This document shows, piece after piece, positions 30,956-40,029 of a stretch of 64,000 nucleotides of DNA. The translations under genes were made by a program, and so were the position numbers. This DNA comes from Flavobacteriaceae bacterium (GTDB lineage Bacteria > Bacteroidota > Bacteroidia > Flavobacteriales > Flavobacteriaceae): assembly GCA_049598335.1 (NCBI GenBank), contig JBMYNN010000001.1:16083-80082 (forward strand), in the 5' to 3' direction. The notes beneath the pieces were generated by a model that searched no databases, was not told the origin of the DNA, and saw only the letters and a program-made list of their open reading frames with translations. Within the stretch, counting starts at the first letter, position 1, and the number at the start of each line of letters is the position of its first letter.

Positions 30956-31999
30956 ATGAAAGCCTATTATAAAAGACATGTCCTGCAATTTAAACGTCCT
31001 AGTGGTACCTCGCGAGGGATATTAAAAGAAAAAGAGACTTGGTTTATTGTACTTGAAAATGAAACGAAACAAGGGATAGGAGAATGTGGCATATTGAGAG
31101 GATTAAGTATAGACGATTGTCCAGATTATGAGGCGAAACTCGCTTGGGTTTGTGATAATATTCATTTGGGCAAAGAAGCCCTTTATAACGCTTTAACAGC
31201 GTTTCCCTCAATACAGATGGGAATAGAAATGGCTTTTTTATCCTTAGAGCAAGCCGACCCTTTTTCTTTATTTCCTGCTGCATTTTCTAAAGGGGAAGCC
31301 TCTATACCCATTAACGGTTTAATCTGGATGGGAGATCAGCAGTTTATGCTAGATCAAGTGGAAGAAAAAGTCGCCCAAGGATTTTCTTGCATCAAAATGA
31401 AGGTAGGGGCGATAGCCTTTTCCGACGAAGTCAATATTTTAAGCGCCATTCGAAAGCGTTTTAGTGCAGATCAAATGGTTTTAAGGGTGGACGCCAATGG
31501 CGCCTTTGGGCAGGATGCCCTAGAAAAACTTCATGTCTTAGCCGAGCTAGATTTACATTCGATCGAACAGCCCATTGCACAAGGAAATTGGAGTGAAATG
31601 AGGTCCCTATGTAAAACCTCTCCTTTACCCGTCGCCTTAGACGAAGAATTGATTGGTATTTTTAATACGGCAGATAAGATTGCTTTATTGGACAGCATTC
31701 AACCGCAGTATATTATTTTAAAACCTAGTTTTATTGGTGGATTTAAAGGTGCCGAAGAATGGACTACACTTGCCGCAGAAAGAGGGATAGGCAGCTGGGT
31801 AACCAGCGCACTTGAAAGTAATATCGGATTAAATGCGATTGCCCAGTGGGCCTACCAACAAGGCTATAAAGGACATCAAGGATTAGGAACAGGAAGTTTA
31901 TATACAAACAATATTGTTGCCCCTTTAGAAATAAAAAATGGCTATATTCAACTCGATAAAACCCACCCGTGGCAACCAATAAACCAGCTTCTTTTATAA
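30956..31999 (+). CDS. menC: o-succinylbenzoate synthase (enolase superfamily)
   Basis: 347 aa with MR/MLE-type motifs (KMKVG, RVDANGAF, IEQP, LDEE) in a men-cluster context. Confidence 0.8.
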   Translation: MKAYYKRHVLQFKRPSGTSRGILKEKETWFIVLENETKQGIGECGILRGLSIDDCPDYEAKLAWVCDNIHLGKEALYNALTAFPSIQMGIEMAFLSLEQADPFSLFPAAFSKGEASIPINGLIWMGDQQFMLDQVEEKVAQGFSCIKMKVGAIAFSDEVNILSAIRKRFSADQMVLRVDANGAFGQDALEKLHVLAELDLHSIEQPIAQGNWSEMRSLCKTSPLPVALDEELIGIFNTADKIALLDSIQPQYIILKPSFIGGFKGAEEWTTLAAERGIGSWVTSALESNIGLNAIAQWAYQQGYKGHQGLGTGSLYTNNIVAPLEIKNGYIQLDKTHPWQPINQLLL

Positions 32000-32895
32000 T
32001 CGATTTTTCTACAGATAAACGCTCATTTGGTTTTTATCTTATTGGTTCTATGATCATTATACTCTTTAGTTTTCTGGGTCAGGCGCCCATGTTTTTATTT
32101 TTTCCAGAAGAATCTATTCCTTCAAATAACCCCTTTAGTTACTTTTCGCATTTGGATAGTAACCTAACCTTATTGTTGTTTTTGATTCCCTCTTTGATTG
32201 CTTTTTTTGGTTTTTTATTGGTCATTAAATACATTCATAAGCAAAGTTTGCAATCGGTTACAACGGCGAGAAAACAAATCGATGTTAAGCGCATTATCTT
32301 TGGCTTTGGGTTTTGGGGAGTATTGAGTATGCTGGTTTTTGGGAGTAGTTTGATTATATCACCAAAAAATTATCTATGGAATTTTGAATTGCAGCCTTTT
32401 TTAACCATGTTTATCATTACCAGTTTATTGATCCCTTTTCAATCTGCTTTAGAGGAATGGATTTTTCGCGGCTATTTAATGCAAGGTTTTGCCACCATGA
32501 CACGTAGCCGTTTATTATCGCTATTGCTCACTTCAATTATTTTTGGGAGTTTGCATATTCTTAACCCTGAGATCGATAAGTTGGGCTATGGACTCTTAGC
32601 CTATTATATTGGTTCAGGGCTGTTTTTTGGGATTATAGCTTTGATGGATGAAGGGATTGAATTAGCCATAGGGATACATGTAGCCAACAACTTAATCACG
32701 GCCATTTTAGTCACTGCCGAATGGACCGTTTTTCAAACGGCTTCTTTATACAAAGATGTTTCTTCACCAAATTTAATCGCAGAATTGTCCTTGTCACTTT
32801 TATTCATCTACCCCCTTTCCATATTCATTTTAGCTAGAAAGTTTGAATGGAAAAATTGGAAGGAAAAATTAATCACATCTATCGATGGAGAATAG
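31969..32895 (+). CDS. CPBP-family (CAAX/Abi) intramembrane glutamic protease
   Basis: Polytopic protein with motifs EEWIFRGY (EExxxR), FGSLH (FxxxH) and HVANN (HxxxN). The start is uncertain: GTG at 31969 overlaps menC, and the first ATG is at 32050. Confidence 0.7.
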   Translation: MATNKPASFIIDFSTDKRSFGFYLIGSMIIILFSFLGQAPMFLFFPEESIPSNNPFSYFSHLDSNLTLLLFLIPSLIAFFGFLLVIKYIHKQSLQSVTTARKQIDVKRIIFGFGFWGVLSMLVFGSSLIISPKNYLWNFELQPFLTMFIITSLLIPFQSALEEWIFRGYLMQGFATMTRSRLLSLLLTSIIFGSLHILNPEIDKLGYGLLAYYIGSGLFFGIIALMDEGIELAIGIHVANNLITAILVTAEWTVFQTASLYKDVSSPNLIAELSLSLLFIYPLSIFILARKFEWKNWKEKLITSIDGE

Positions 32896-33955
32896 ACCAA
32901 ATTATACCAACGTTCACAATAGATTTTTACTGAATGGAAATCACTATCGTTTTGATGATCTTTTTGAGATCGCTTATTCTTTTATAAAAGAAGGAGAAGC
33001 CCACGAAAAAGCCATTGGTGATTTTTTAATGGATTGGATACGCCCAAATGATATCATAACTTTAAAAACCTCTGGTTCTACTGGTAAGCCAAAGTTAATT
33101 CATTATAACAAGCAGGCGATGGTCAACTCTGCCCTTGCAACAGGAGATCACTTTGGGGTGAAGATTGGAGATAAGGCCTTGCATTGTCTCAATGCCGATT
33201 TTATCGCTGGGAAGATGATGTTAGTACGCGCCATGATTTTGGGGCTTGAAATTGATTTAGTTCCCCCGCAGGGGAATGTTTTACAATCAAGCGATAAAAT
33301 CTATGATTTTGCAGCGATGGTTCCCCTTCAGGTAGAGCACGCTTTTGAAGATTTAGACAAGGTCAAAACTCTTTTGATAGGAGGTGCTCCTTCTTCTGTT
33401 CAGCTCAAAGAGAGGTTAAAACAAAAAAGAACCCAGTGTTATGAAACCTATGGGATGACAGAAACGGTTACCCATATCGCTTCGCGGAAAATCAATGGAG
33501 ACTCCCTACTTTTTTCTCCGCTTCCAGGGGTAAAACTCTCGACAGACGAGCGCGGTTGTATGGTGATCGATGTGCCTTATTTAACCGAGGAAAAAATTAT
33601 TACCAATGATCTAGTCGCCTTAGAAAAGGACCAGCATTTTTTATTAAAAGGAAGAATCGATAATGTTATCAATAGTGGTGGAATAAAAGTTATACCCGAA
33701 GAAGTAGAAGCGAAAATCGCCCCATATATTGCTCAACCTTTTTTTATCGGCGCAATAGAAGATAATGCTTTGGGACAAAAAGTGATCCTATTGTTAGAAG
33801 GTGAAATGCCAGCAGAATTGCACCAGAAGCTTTCTAACATTGAAAGTTTATCAAAATATGAATTACCCAAAGAAATTTATTCAGTAGCGTTATTTATGCG
33901 CACTACTAACGGAAAGTTGATGCGCCAGCAAACGATTTCGAGTTTAAACCTGTAA
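32885..33955 (+). CDS. menE: o-succinylbenzoate-CoA ligase (short AMP-binding enzyme)
   Basis: 356 aa with the adenylation motifs TSGSTGKPK and YGMTET. It is the last gene of the men cluster. Confidence 0.7.
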   Translation: MENRPNYTNVHNRFLLNGNHYRFDDLFEIAYSFIKEGEAHEKAIGDFLMDWIRPNDIITLKTSGSTGKPKLIHYNKQAMVNSALATGDHFGVKIGDKALHCLNADFIAGKMMLVRAMILGLEIDLVPPQGNVLQSSDKIYDFAAMVPLQVEHAFEDLDKVKTLLIGGAPSSVQLKERLKQKRTQCYETYGMTETVTHIASRKINGDSLLFSPLPGVKLSTDERGCMVIDVPYLTEEKIITNDLVALEKDQHFLLKGRIDNVINSGGIKVIPEEVEAKIAPYIAQPFFIGAIEDNALGQKVILLLEGEMPAELHQKLSNIESLSKYELPKEIYSVALFMRTTNGKLMRQQTISSLNL

Positions 33956-35572
33956 GACTCCCATGTTAAAACGCTCTGTAATAGGAGCATGGTTAGCAGC
34001 TTCTATCCCCATGCTAATCCACTTTCTAGTCTCTGTTGGATTAATAATGGCATCTGTCCATAAACGTGCGGCAGCATATTCTGCTTTGGTTTGTTGATCA
34101 TAGTTCCCTTTGATTTTTTCAAACAAGGCTTTTTGTTCCTCTTCAGATATTTTTACACCGTTCTTCTTTAAAGCACTGGCTTCGATTTGCATTAAAACCT
34201 TTGCTGCTTGAGCGCCACCCATTACAGCCATTTCGGCCGAAGGCCATGCTATTATTAGCCTTGGGTCAAATGCTTTACCACACATGGCATAGTTTCCAGC
34301 CCCATATGAATTTCCTATGATAACAGTGAATTTAGGAACGACAGAATTAGCCATGGCATTGACCATCTTAGCACCGTCTTTAATAATTCCGCCGTGTTCT
34401 GCTTGACTGCCTACCATAAAGCCGGTGACATCTTGCAAGAACACTAAGGGGATTTTCTTTTGATTACAATTCGCAATAAAACGTGTTGCTTTATCTGCGG
34501 CATCTCCATAGATCACCCCGCCCAATTGCATTTCTCCTTTCTTAGATTTGACAACCTTACGCTGATTAGCCACTATCCCCACAGCCCAGCCATCGATACG
34601 TGCATAAGCGGTAATGATAGTTTTGCCATAGCCCGCTTTATACTCGTCATATTCTCCTTGATCTACTAATTGTTCAATCAAGGGATAACTATTATATGGA
34701 GTATTTCTTTCTTTAGGGAGTAAACCAAAGACTTGTTCATTATCCTTTAAAGGGGGAACCGGCTTAGCACGATTAAAACCAGCTGTTTCTGGGGTTCCTA
34801 ATTTATCAATTAGCGATCTAATTTTTTCCAATGCAGCAGCATCGTTAGGGAGCTTATAATCGGTTACTCCACTAATTTCGTTATGGGTTGTGGCTCCGCC
34901 CAAAGTTTCATTGTCTATATCTTCACCTATAGCTGCTTTAACTAAATAACTTCCCGCTAAAAAAATGCTTCCTGTTTTGTCGACAATCAAAGACTCGTCT
35001 GACATAATGGGTAAATAAGCTCCCCCAGCGACACAACTTCCCATTACAGCAGCGATTTGTACGATGCCTTTACTACTCATTTTAGCGTTGTTTCTAAAAA
35101 TACGCCCAAAGTGTTCTTTATCTGGAAAAATATCTTCTTGCATGGGTAGAAAGACACCAGCAGAATCGACTAGATAAACAATGGGTAAATGGTTTTCAAG
35201 GGCAATTTCTTGCGCTCTTAGGTTCTTTTTTCCAGCCATGGGGAACCAAGCACCTGCTTTAACAGAGGCGTCGTTAGCAACGATAACACAAAGTCTTTTA
35301 GAAACATAACCTAAAACTACGACTACACCAGCAGCAGGGGCACCACCATAATCTTGATACATATCGTGGGCAGCAAAGGCACCAATCTCAATTAAATTTG
35401 ACTTTGGATCCACAAGAGCTCCAATGCGTTCTCTTGCGGTCATTTTACCTTGGTCGCGTAGTTTTTGTAACTGTTTCTTTCCGCCACCTAATTTGATTTG
35501 GGCGAGTTTTTTATCGACAGCTGACCAGAGCAGTCTATTGTGATCTTCATTTTTGTTGAAGTTCAAATCCAT
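33944..35572 (-). CDS. acyl-CoA carboxylase carboxyltransferase (beta) subunit, methylcrotonyl-/propionyl-CoA carboxylase type
   Basis: About 542 aa from ATG 35572 (MDLNFNKNEDHN...), with duplicated crotonase-like carboxyltransferase halves (MGSCVAGGAYLP, GNSYGAGNYAM). The track's TTG extension of 24 codons was not adopted. Confidence 0.88.
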   Translation of the reverse strand: MDLNFNKNEDHNRLLWSAVDKKLAQIKLGGGKKQLQKLRDQGKMTARERIGALVDPKSNLIEIGAFAAHDMYQDYGGAPAAGVVVVLGYVSKRLCVIVANDASVKAGAWFPMAGKKNLRAQEIALENHLPIVYLVDSAGVFLPMQEDIFPDKEHFGRIFRNNAKMSSKGIVQIAAVMGSCVAGGAYLPIMSDESLIVDKTGSIFLAGSYLVKAAIGEDIDNETLGGATTHNEISGVTDYKLPNDAAALEKIRSLIDKLGTPETAGFNRAKPVPPLKDNEQVFGLLPKERNTPYNSYPLIEQLVDQGEYDEYKAGYGKTIITAYARIDGWAVGIVANQRKVVKSKKGEMQLGGVIYGDAADKATRFIANCNQKKIPLVFLQDVTGFMVGSQAEHGGIIKDGAKMVNAMANSVVPKFTVIIGNSYGAGNYAMCGKAFDPRLIIAWPSAEMAVMGGAQAAKVLMQIEASALKKNGVKISEEEQKALFEKIKGNYDQQTKAEYAAARLWTDAIINPTETRKWISMGIEAANHAPITERFNMGVLQV

Positions 35573-35697
35573 ACAATTCTTTTGATAAAAATAAGAAAGT
35601 TTGTTTGAGTAATCAGGGATTTGATCGAAAAGAAAAGCTTTCAAGGGGCGAATAAAATAAAAGTCCGATATTTGTTTTTTAAGAGGAAATCAAATTT

Positions 35698-35877
35698 ATG
35701 AGTTTAAACAAAAATAAAATCTTTAGAATAGCCGCCATTATTATTTCTCTCTTTGGGACGGCTTTAATTCTATCGGGTTATTTTATTTACAAGGAGTTTG
35801 CCATTGGGTTTTACATTGGAGGAGCTGGATTTTATGTAGTAGCCTGGACATTTAACGCATTAAAAGGTAGAATTTAA
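35698..35877 (+). CDS. unannotated 59-aa two-helix membrane ORF immediately upstream of ettA
   Basis: Hand translation gives MSLNKNKIFRIAAIIISLFGTALILSGYFIYKEFAIGFYIGGAGFYVVAWTFNALKGRI*. It ends 2 nt before the ettA ATG and is below the ORF-track length cut-off. Confidence 0.35.
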   Translation: MSLNKNKIFRIAAIIISLFGTALILSGYFIYKEFAIGFYIGGAGFYVVAWTFNALKGRI

Positions 35878-35879
35878 GT

Positions 35880-37574
35880 ATGTCTGACGATAAAAAAGTC
35901 ATTTTTTCAATGTCTGGGGTAAGTAAATCCTACCCCTCTACACAGCAACCTGTCTTAAAAGATATTTATCTCAGTTTTTTTTATGGAGCAAAGATTGGAA
36001 TTTTAGGACTTAATGGATCTGGTAAATCAACCCTGCTAAAGATTATTGCAGGCTTAGATAAAAGTTTTCAAGGGGATGTAGTTTTTTCGCAAGATTACAG
36101 CGTGGGCTATCTTGCACAAGAGCCTCAAATGGACGATGAAAAAACAGTGTTAGAAGTCGTCAAAGAGGGAGTAGGAGCAACGGTAGCTATACTGGACGAA
36201 TACAATCAAATCAACGATCAATTTGGCTTGCCAGAGGTTTATGAAGATGCAGATAAGATGCAACAACTCATGGATCGTCAAGCCCAATTGCAAGACGAGA
36301 TTGACGCGGTTAATGCATGGGAACTAGATACCCAACTTGAGATTGCAATGGATGCTTTACGTACTCCACCCAGTGACCAAAAAGTAGGCGTCCTTTCTGG
36401 TGGAGAAAGACGCCGTGTCGCCTTGTGTCGTTTATTACTCCAACAACCAGACGTATTGTTGTTAGATGAGCCCACTAACCACTTGGACGCAGAGTCGGTT
36501 CACTGGTTAGAACATCACTTAGCGCAGTATAAGGGGACAGTTATTGCCGTAACACACGACCGTTATTTTTTAGATAATGTGGCGGGATGGATATTAGAAT
36601 TAGATCGTGGGGAAGGCATTCCATGGAAGGGGAATTATTCCTCATGGTTAGACCAAAAATCGAAACGTTTAGCGCAAGAGCAAAAACAAGCTTCAAAGCG
36701 ACAAAAGACTCTTGAGCGTGAGTTGGAGTGGGTTCGTATGGCTCCCAAAGGAAGACAAACTAAGCAGAAGGCCCGTTTGTCTAACTATGATAAATTAATG
36801 AGCCAAGATCAGTCAGAGGCGCAAGAAAAACTAGAGATATTTATTCCTAATGGACCACGTCTTGGAACAAATGTGATCGAAGCAAAAGGGGTGGCAAAAG
36901 CCTTTGGGGATAAATTGTTGTATGACGATTTAAACTTTGTTTTGCCTCAAGCGGGAATTGTAGGAATTATTGGTCCTAACGGAGCTGGGAAATCCACCAT
37001 TTTCAAAATGATCATGCAGCAAGAAATACCAGACGGCGGGACCTTTGCTGTAGGAGAAACAGTTAAATTGGCTTATGTCGATCAATCTCACGCCAATATT
37101 GATCCAGAAAAAAGTATTTGGCAAAACTTTTCAGACGAGCAAGAACTCATTATGTTAGGAGGGAAGCAAGTTAACTCTCGTGCCTTTTTAAGTCGTTTTA
37201 ATTTTTCTGGGAACGAACAGAATAAAAAAGTAAGTACCCTCTCTGGAGGACAACGCAACCGTCTTCATTTAGCGATGACACTTAAAGAAGAAGGAAATGT
37301 ATTGTTGTTAGATGAGCCAACAAATGATTTAGATGTCAATACATTAAGGGCATTAGAAGAAGGTTTAGAAAACTTTGCAGGTTGTGCAGTTGTGATTTCT
37401 CACGACCGCTGGTTCTTGGACAGAATTTGTACTCATATTCTTGCTTTTGAAGGAAATTCTCAAGTATATTTCTTTGAAGGGTCCTATTCTGATTATGAAG
37501 AAAATAAAAAGAAACGTTTAGGAGGTGATCTTATTCCAAAGCGCATTCAATACAGAAAACTCACCCGTGATTAA
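35880..37574 (+). CDS. ettA: energy-dependent translational throttle protein EttA (ABC-F ATPase)
   Basis: 564 aa with two ABC cassettes (GLNGSGKST/LSGGERRR and GPNGAGKST/LSGGQRNR), no TM domains, and an interdomain linker. Confidence 0.92.
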   Translation: MSDDKKVIFSMSGVSKSYPSTQQPVLKDIYLSFFYGAKIGILGLNGSGKSTLLKIIAGLDKSFQGDVVFSQDYSVGYLAQEPQMDDEKTVLEVVKEGVGATVAILDEYNQINDQFGLPEVYEDADKMQQLMDRQAQLQDEIDAVNAWELDTQLEIAMDALRTPPSDQKVGVLSGGERRRVALCRLLLQQPDVLLLDEPTNHLDAESVHWLEHHLAQYKGTVIAVTHDRYFLDNVAGWILELDRGEGIPWKGNYSSWLDQKSKRLAQEQKQASKRQKTLERELEWVRMAPKGRQTKQKARLSNYDKLMSQDQSEAQEKLEIFIPNGPRLGTNVIEAKGVAKAFGDKLLYDDLNFVLPQAGIVGIIGPNGAGKSTIFKMIMQQEIPDGGTFAVGETVKLAYVDQSHANIDPEKSIWQNFSDEQELIMLGGKQVNSRAFLSRFNFSGNEQNKKVSTLSGGQRNRLHLAMTLKEEGNVLLLDEPTNDLDVNTLRALEEGLENFAGCAVVISHDRWFLDRICTHILAFEGNSQVYFFEGSYSDYEENKKKRLGGDLIPKRIQYRKLTRD

Positions 37575-37588
37575 TTCAAATTTTACCC

Positions 37589-38689
37589 ATGTCTTTTCAA
37601 GATTTAATTGATACAGTTTATTTCGATAATTCCCTACAAGCCTATCTTATTTTTGGAGGGATAATTCTTTTTGGCTTATTGTTTAAACAATTGATTAGTC
37701 GATATCTTGGGGGATTATTATTTAGGCTATTAGGGAAAAGTGCTTATGAAGTTGGGCGTTCTGCTTTTGACGATCGACTCAAAAAGCCTTTGAATAATTT
37801 AATCCTCCTAGGAGTATTGTTTTTAGCAAGTCAACAAATACAATTTCCAACTTCTTGGGGACTTGCCTCGGTAGACGATATTGGTGTGAGGTATTTACTT
37901 TACAAAGGTTTTTTGCTGGTTTATGCTTATTTCATTTTTTTATTATTACTGCGTTTTGTTGATTTTGTTGGAGAGATTATGGAGCGGAGAGCTGCTAAGA
38001 CCTCGAATAAAATGGATGATCAAATTGTCCCTTTTGCGATAGAAATCGCTAAGGTATTAGTCATTATTTTGGGGACACTCACAGTAATGAGCAGTATTTT
38101 TAATGTTAATGTAGCTGCACTGGCAACTGGTTTAGGGATAGGAGGAATTGCTATAGCGATGGCCTCTAAAGAGAGTTTAGAGAACCTGTTGGGTTCTTTT
38201 ACTATCTTTTTAGATAAACCCTTTACCTATGGTGATATTGTTACTGTAAATGGTTATACGGGTACAGTAGAGAAGGTAGGTTTTAGATCAACCAGAATTA
38301 GAACCTTTGATAAGAGTATCGTTACCGTTCCCAACAAGAACATGGTCAATGCAGAATTGGATAACTTAGGTCTTCGACCTATTAGAAGAGTTAAGTTTAA
38401 TATTGGCTTAACCTATGGTACTCCAGTCGAAAGTATTAAAAATATAGTTGCAGAAATAGAGGCAATGATTAATGCCCATCCCAATACAACTGCAGATGGT
38501 GCAAGAGTTCGTTTTCAAGAGTTTGGGGCGAGTTCTTTAGATATACTCGTCTTGTACTATGTAGATAGTCCCGATTGGGAATTATTGATTGACACCCGTC
38601 AAGCGATCAACTTTAGCATTATTGAGATTGTTAAAGCTCAAGGGAGTGACTTTGCTTTCCCAACCACTTCGGTTTTCTTAGAAAAATAA
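37589..38689 (+). CDS. MscS-family mechanosensitive ion channel
   Basis: 366 aa with N-terminal TM helices followed by a conserved beta-domain (FTYGDIVTVNGYTGTVEKVGFRSTRIRT). Confidence 0.85.
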   Translation: MSFQDLIDTVYFDNSLQAYLIFGGIILFGLLFKQLISRYLGGLLFRLLGKSAYEVGRSAFDDRLKKPLNNLILLGVLFLASQQIQFPTSWGLASVDDIGVRYLLYKGFLLVYAYFIFLLLLRFVDFVGEIMERRAAKTSNKMDDQIVPFAIEIAKVLVIILGTLTVMSSIFNVNVAALATGLGIGGIAIAMASKESLENLLGSFTIFLDKPFTYGDIVTVNGYTGTVEKVGFRSTRIRTFDKSIVTVPNKNMVNAELDNLGLRPIRRVKFNIGLTYGTPVESIKNIVAEIEAMINAHPNTTADGARVRFQEFGASSLDILVLYYVDSPDWELLIDTRQAINFSIIEIVKAQGSDFAFPTTSVFLEK

Positions 38690-38727
38690 AATTCCTATCT
38701 TCCTACTTTAACTAGAGTAAGGAAACA

Positions 38728-40029
38728 ATGGAGAAGAGCGTATGTGTCATTGGAGCAGGACCCTCTGGGATCACTGCTGTTAAAAATATTCACGAAAAAG
38801 GAATAGCCGTTGTGGCTTATGATTATAATCACGATGTAGGGGGGAACTGGATTTATTCTGAAAAGGAAAGCCACTCCAGTGTTTTTGAAACCACCCATAT
38901 CATTAGTTCTAAGACCCTTTCTCAGTATGAAGATTTTCCCTTTTCAGCAGAAGTAGCCGATTATCCCTCTCATGAAGAATTGCGGAATTATTTTCAAGCC
39001 TACGCCAAAAAGTTCGACTTATATCCTTTAATCAGGTTTAACACCTTAGTTAAATCTTGCGTGCTTAATACAGATAATATTTGGGAAGTAACAACCCTAA
39101 GCGAGGGTGAGGAAAAAACTGTAAAATTCACTGATTTAGTCGTATGTAATGGTCATCACTGGCAACCCAAATACCCTAATTATCCTGGAAAATTTTCTGG
39201 AAAATTTTTGCATTCCCATCAATATAAAAAGGCAGCTCCATTTAAAAATAAAAAGATATTAGTAATAGGAGGGGGAAACTCTGCCTGCGATGTTGCGGTA
39301 GAAACTAGCCGAGTTAGTAAGAAAACTAGCATTAGCTGGCGACGGGGTTATCGTATTTTGCCCAAATTTATCATGGGAAAACCTGCTGATATTTTTGCTT
39401 CTTCTATGACGTTTTTGCCCATATGGTTAAGAAATTTTCTTGCGGGGATAATAGTCAAATTAGTTACTGGACCAAACAGCTGGTATGGTTTGCCAAAGGT
39501 GAATCATAAATTTGGTGCTACACACCCTACTGTGAATAGTGAGTTACTCTACATGATAAGACACGGAAAGGTTAAACCAAAGCCCGATATCGAAAAGTTT
39601 GACAATTCTACTGTCTATTTTAAAGATGGCAGTAAAGAAGATTTTGAGGTAGTAATTGCCTGTACTGGTTTTGTGTTAGCACATCCTTTTTTTGCTAAAA
39701 ATTTCCTCAATTATAGCAATGGCCCTGTGCCCTTATATTTAAAAATGTTTCATCCAAAAATGGACAACCTTTATTTTATAGGTATGTTTCAGCCCCTAGG
39801 TTGTATTTGGCCTGGAGCAGAGCAGCAAAGCAAACTTGCGGCACTCGCAATCAATGGCGAATGGCAACGTCCACAAAATATAGTTCAACTGTGCGAGCGT
39901 GAGGTGACAAATCCCCACATGAAGCAGTTAGCGACGTCACGTCATACGATTACTGTCGATTTTCATAAATTTTTGCGTCAAATCAAAGCTGAAATTCGCA
40001 AAGCGAAACCTTTTAAAGAAGTAGCTTAA
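38728..40029 (+). CDS. class B flavin-containing monooxygenase (FMO-type)
   Basis: 433 aa with the FAD site GAGPSG, the FMO-identifying motif FSGKFLHSHQY (FxGxxxHxxxY) and the NADPH site GGGNSA. Confidence 0.85.
   Translation: MEKSVCVIGAGPSGITAVKNIHEKGIAVVAYDYNHDVGGNWIYSEKESHSSVFETTHIISSKTLSQYEDFPFSAEVADYPSHEELRNYFQAYAKKFDLYPLIRFNTLVKSCVLNTDNIWEVTTLSEGEEKTVKFTDLVVCNGHHWQPKYPNYPGKFSGKFLHSHQYKKAAPFKNKKILVIGGGNSACDVAVETSRVSKKTSISWRRGYRILPKFIMGKPADIFASSMTFLPIWLRNFLAGIIVKLVTGPNSWYGLPKVNHKFGATHPTVNSELLYMIRHGKVKPKPDIEKFDNSTVYFKDGSKEDFEVVIACTGFVLAHPFFAKNFLNYSNGPVPLYLKMFHPKMDNLYFIGMFQPLGCIWPGAEQQSKLAALAINGEWQRPQNIVQLCEREVTNPHMKQLATSRHTITVDFHKFLRQIKAEIRKAKPFKEVA

Noticed and set aside
35573-35644. 24-codon TTG-initiated extension of the carboxyltransferase ORF, and similar upstream extensions for dnaK (22490), menD (26833), ltaE (50270), the CBS-like gene (53505), gldF (59527) and menA (30045).
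   Set aside because: These track starts are alternative codons (TTG/GTG) upstream of an ATG that gives the family-typical N-terminus. The extensions overlap neighbouring genes or add non-conserved residues.
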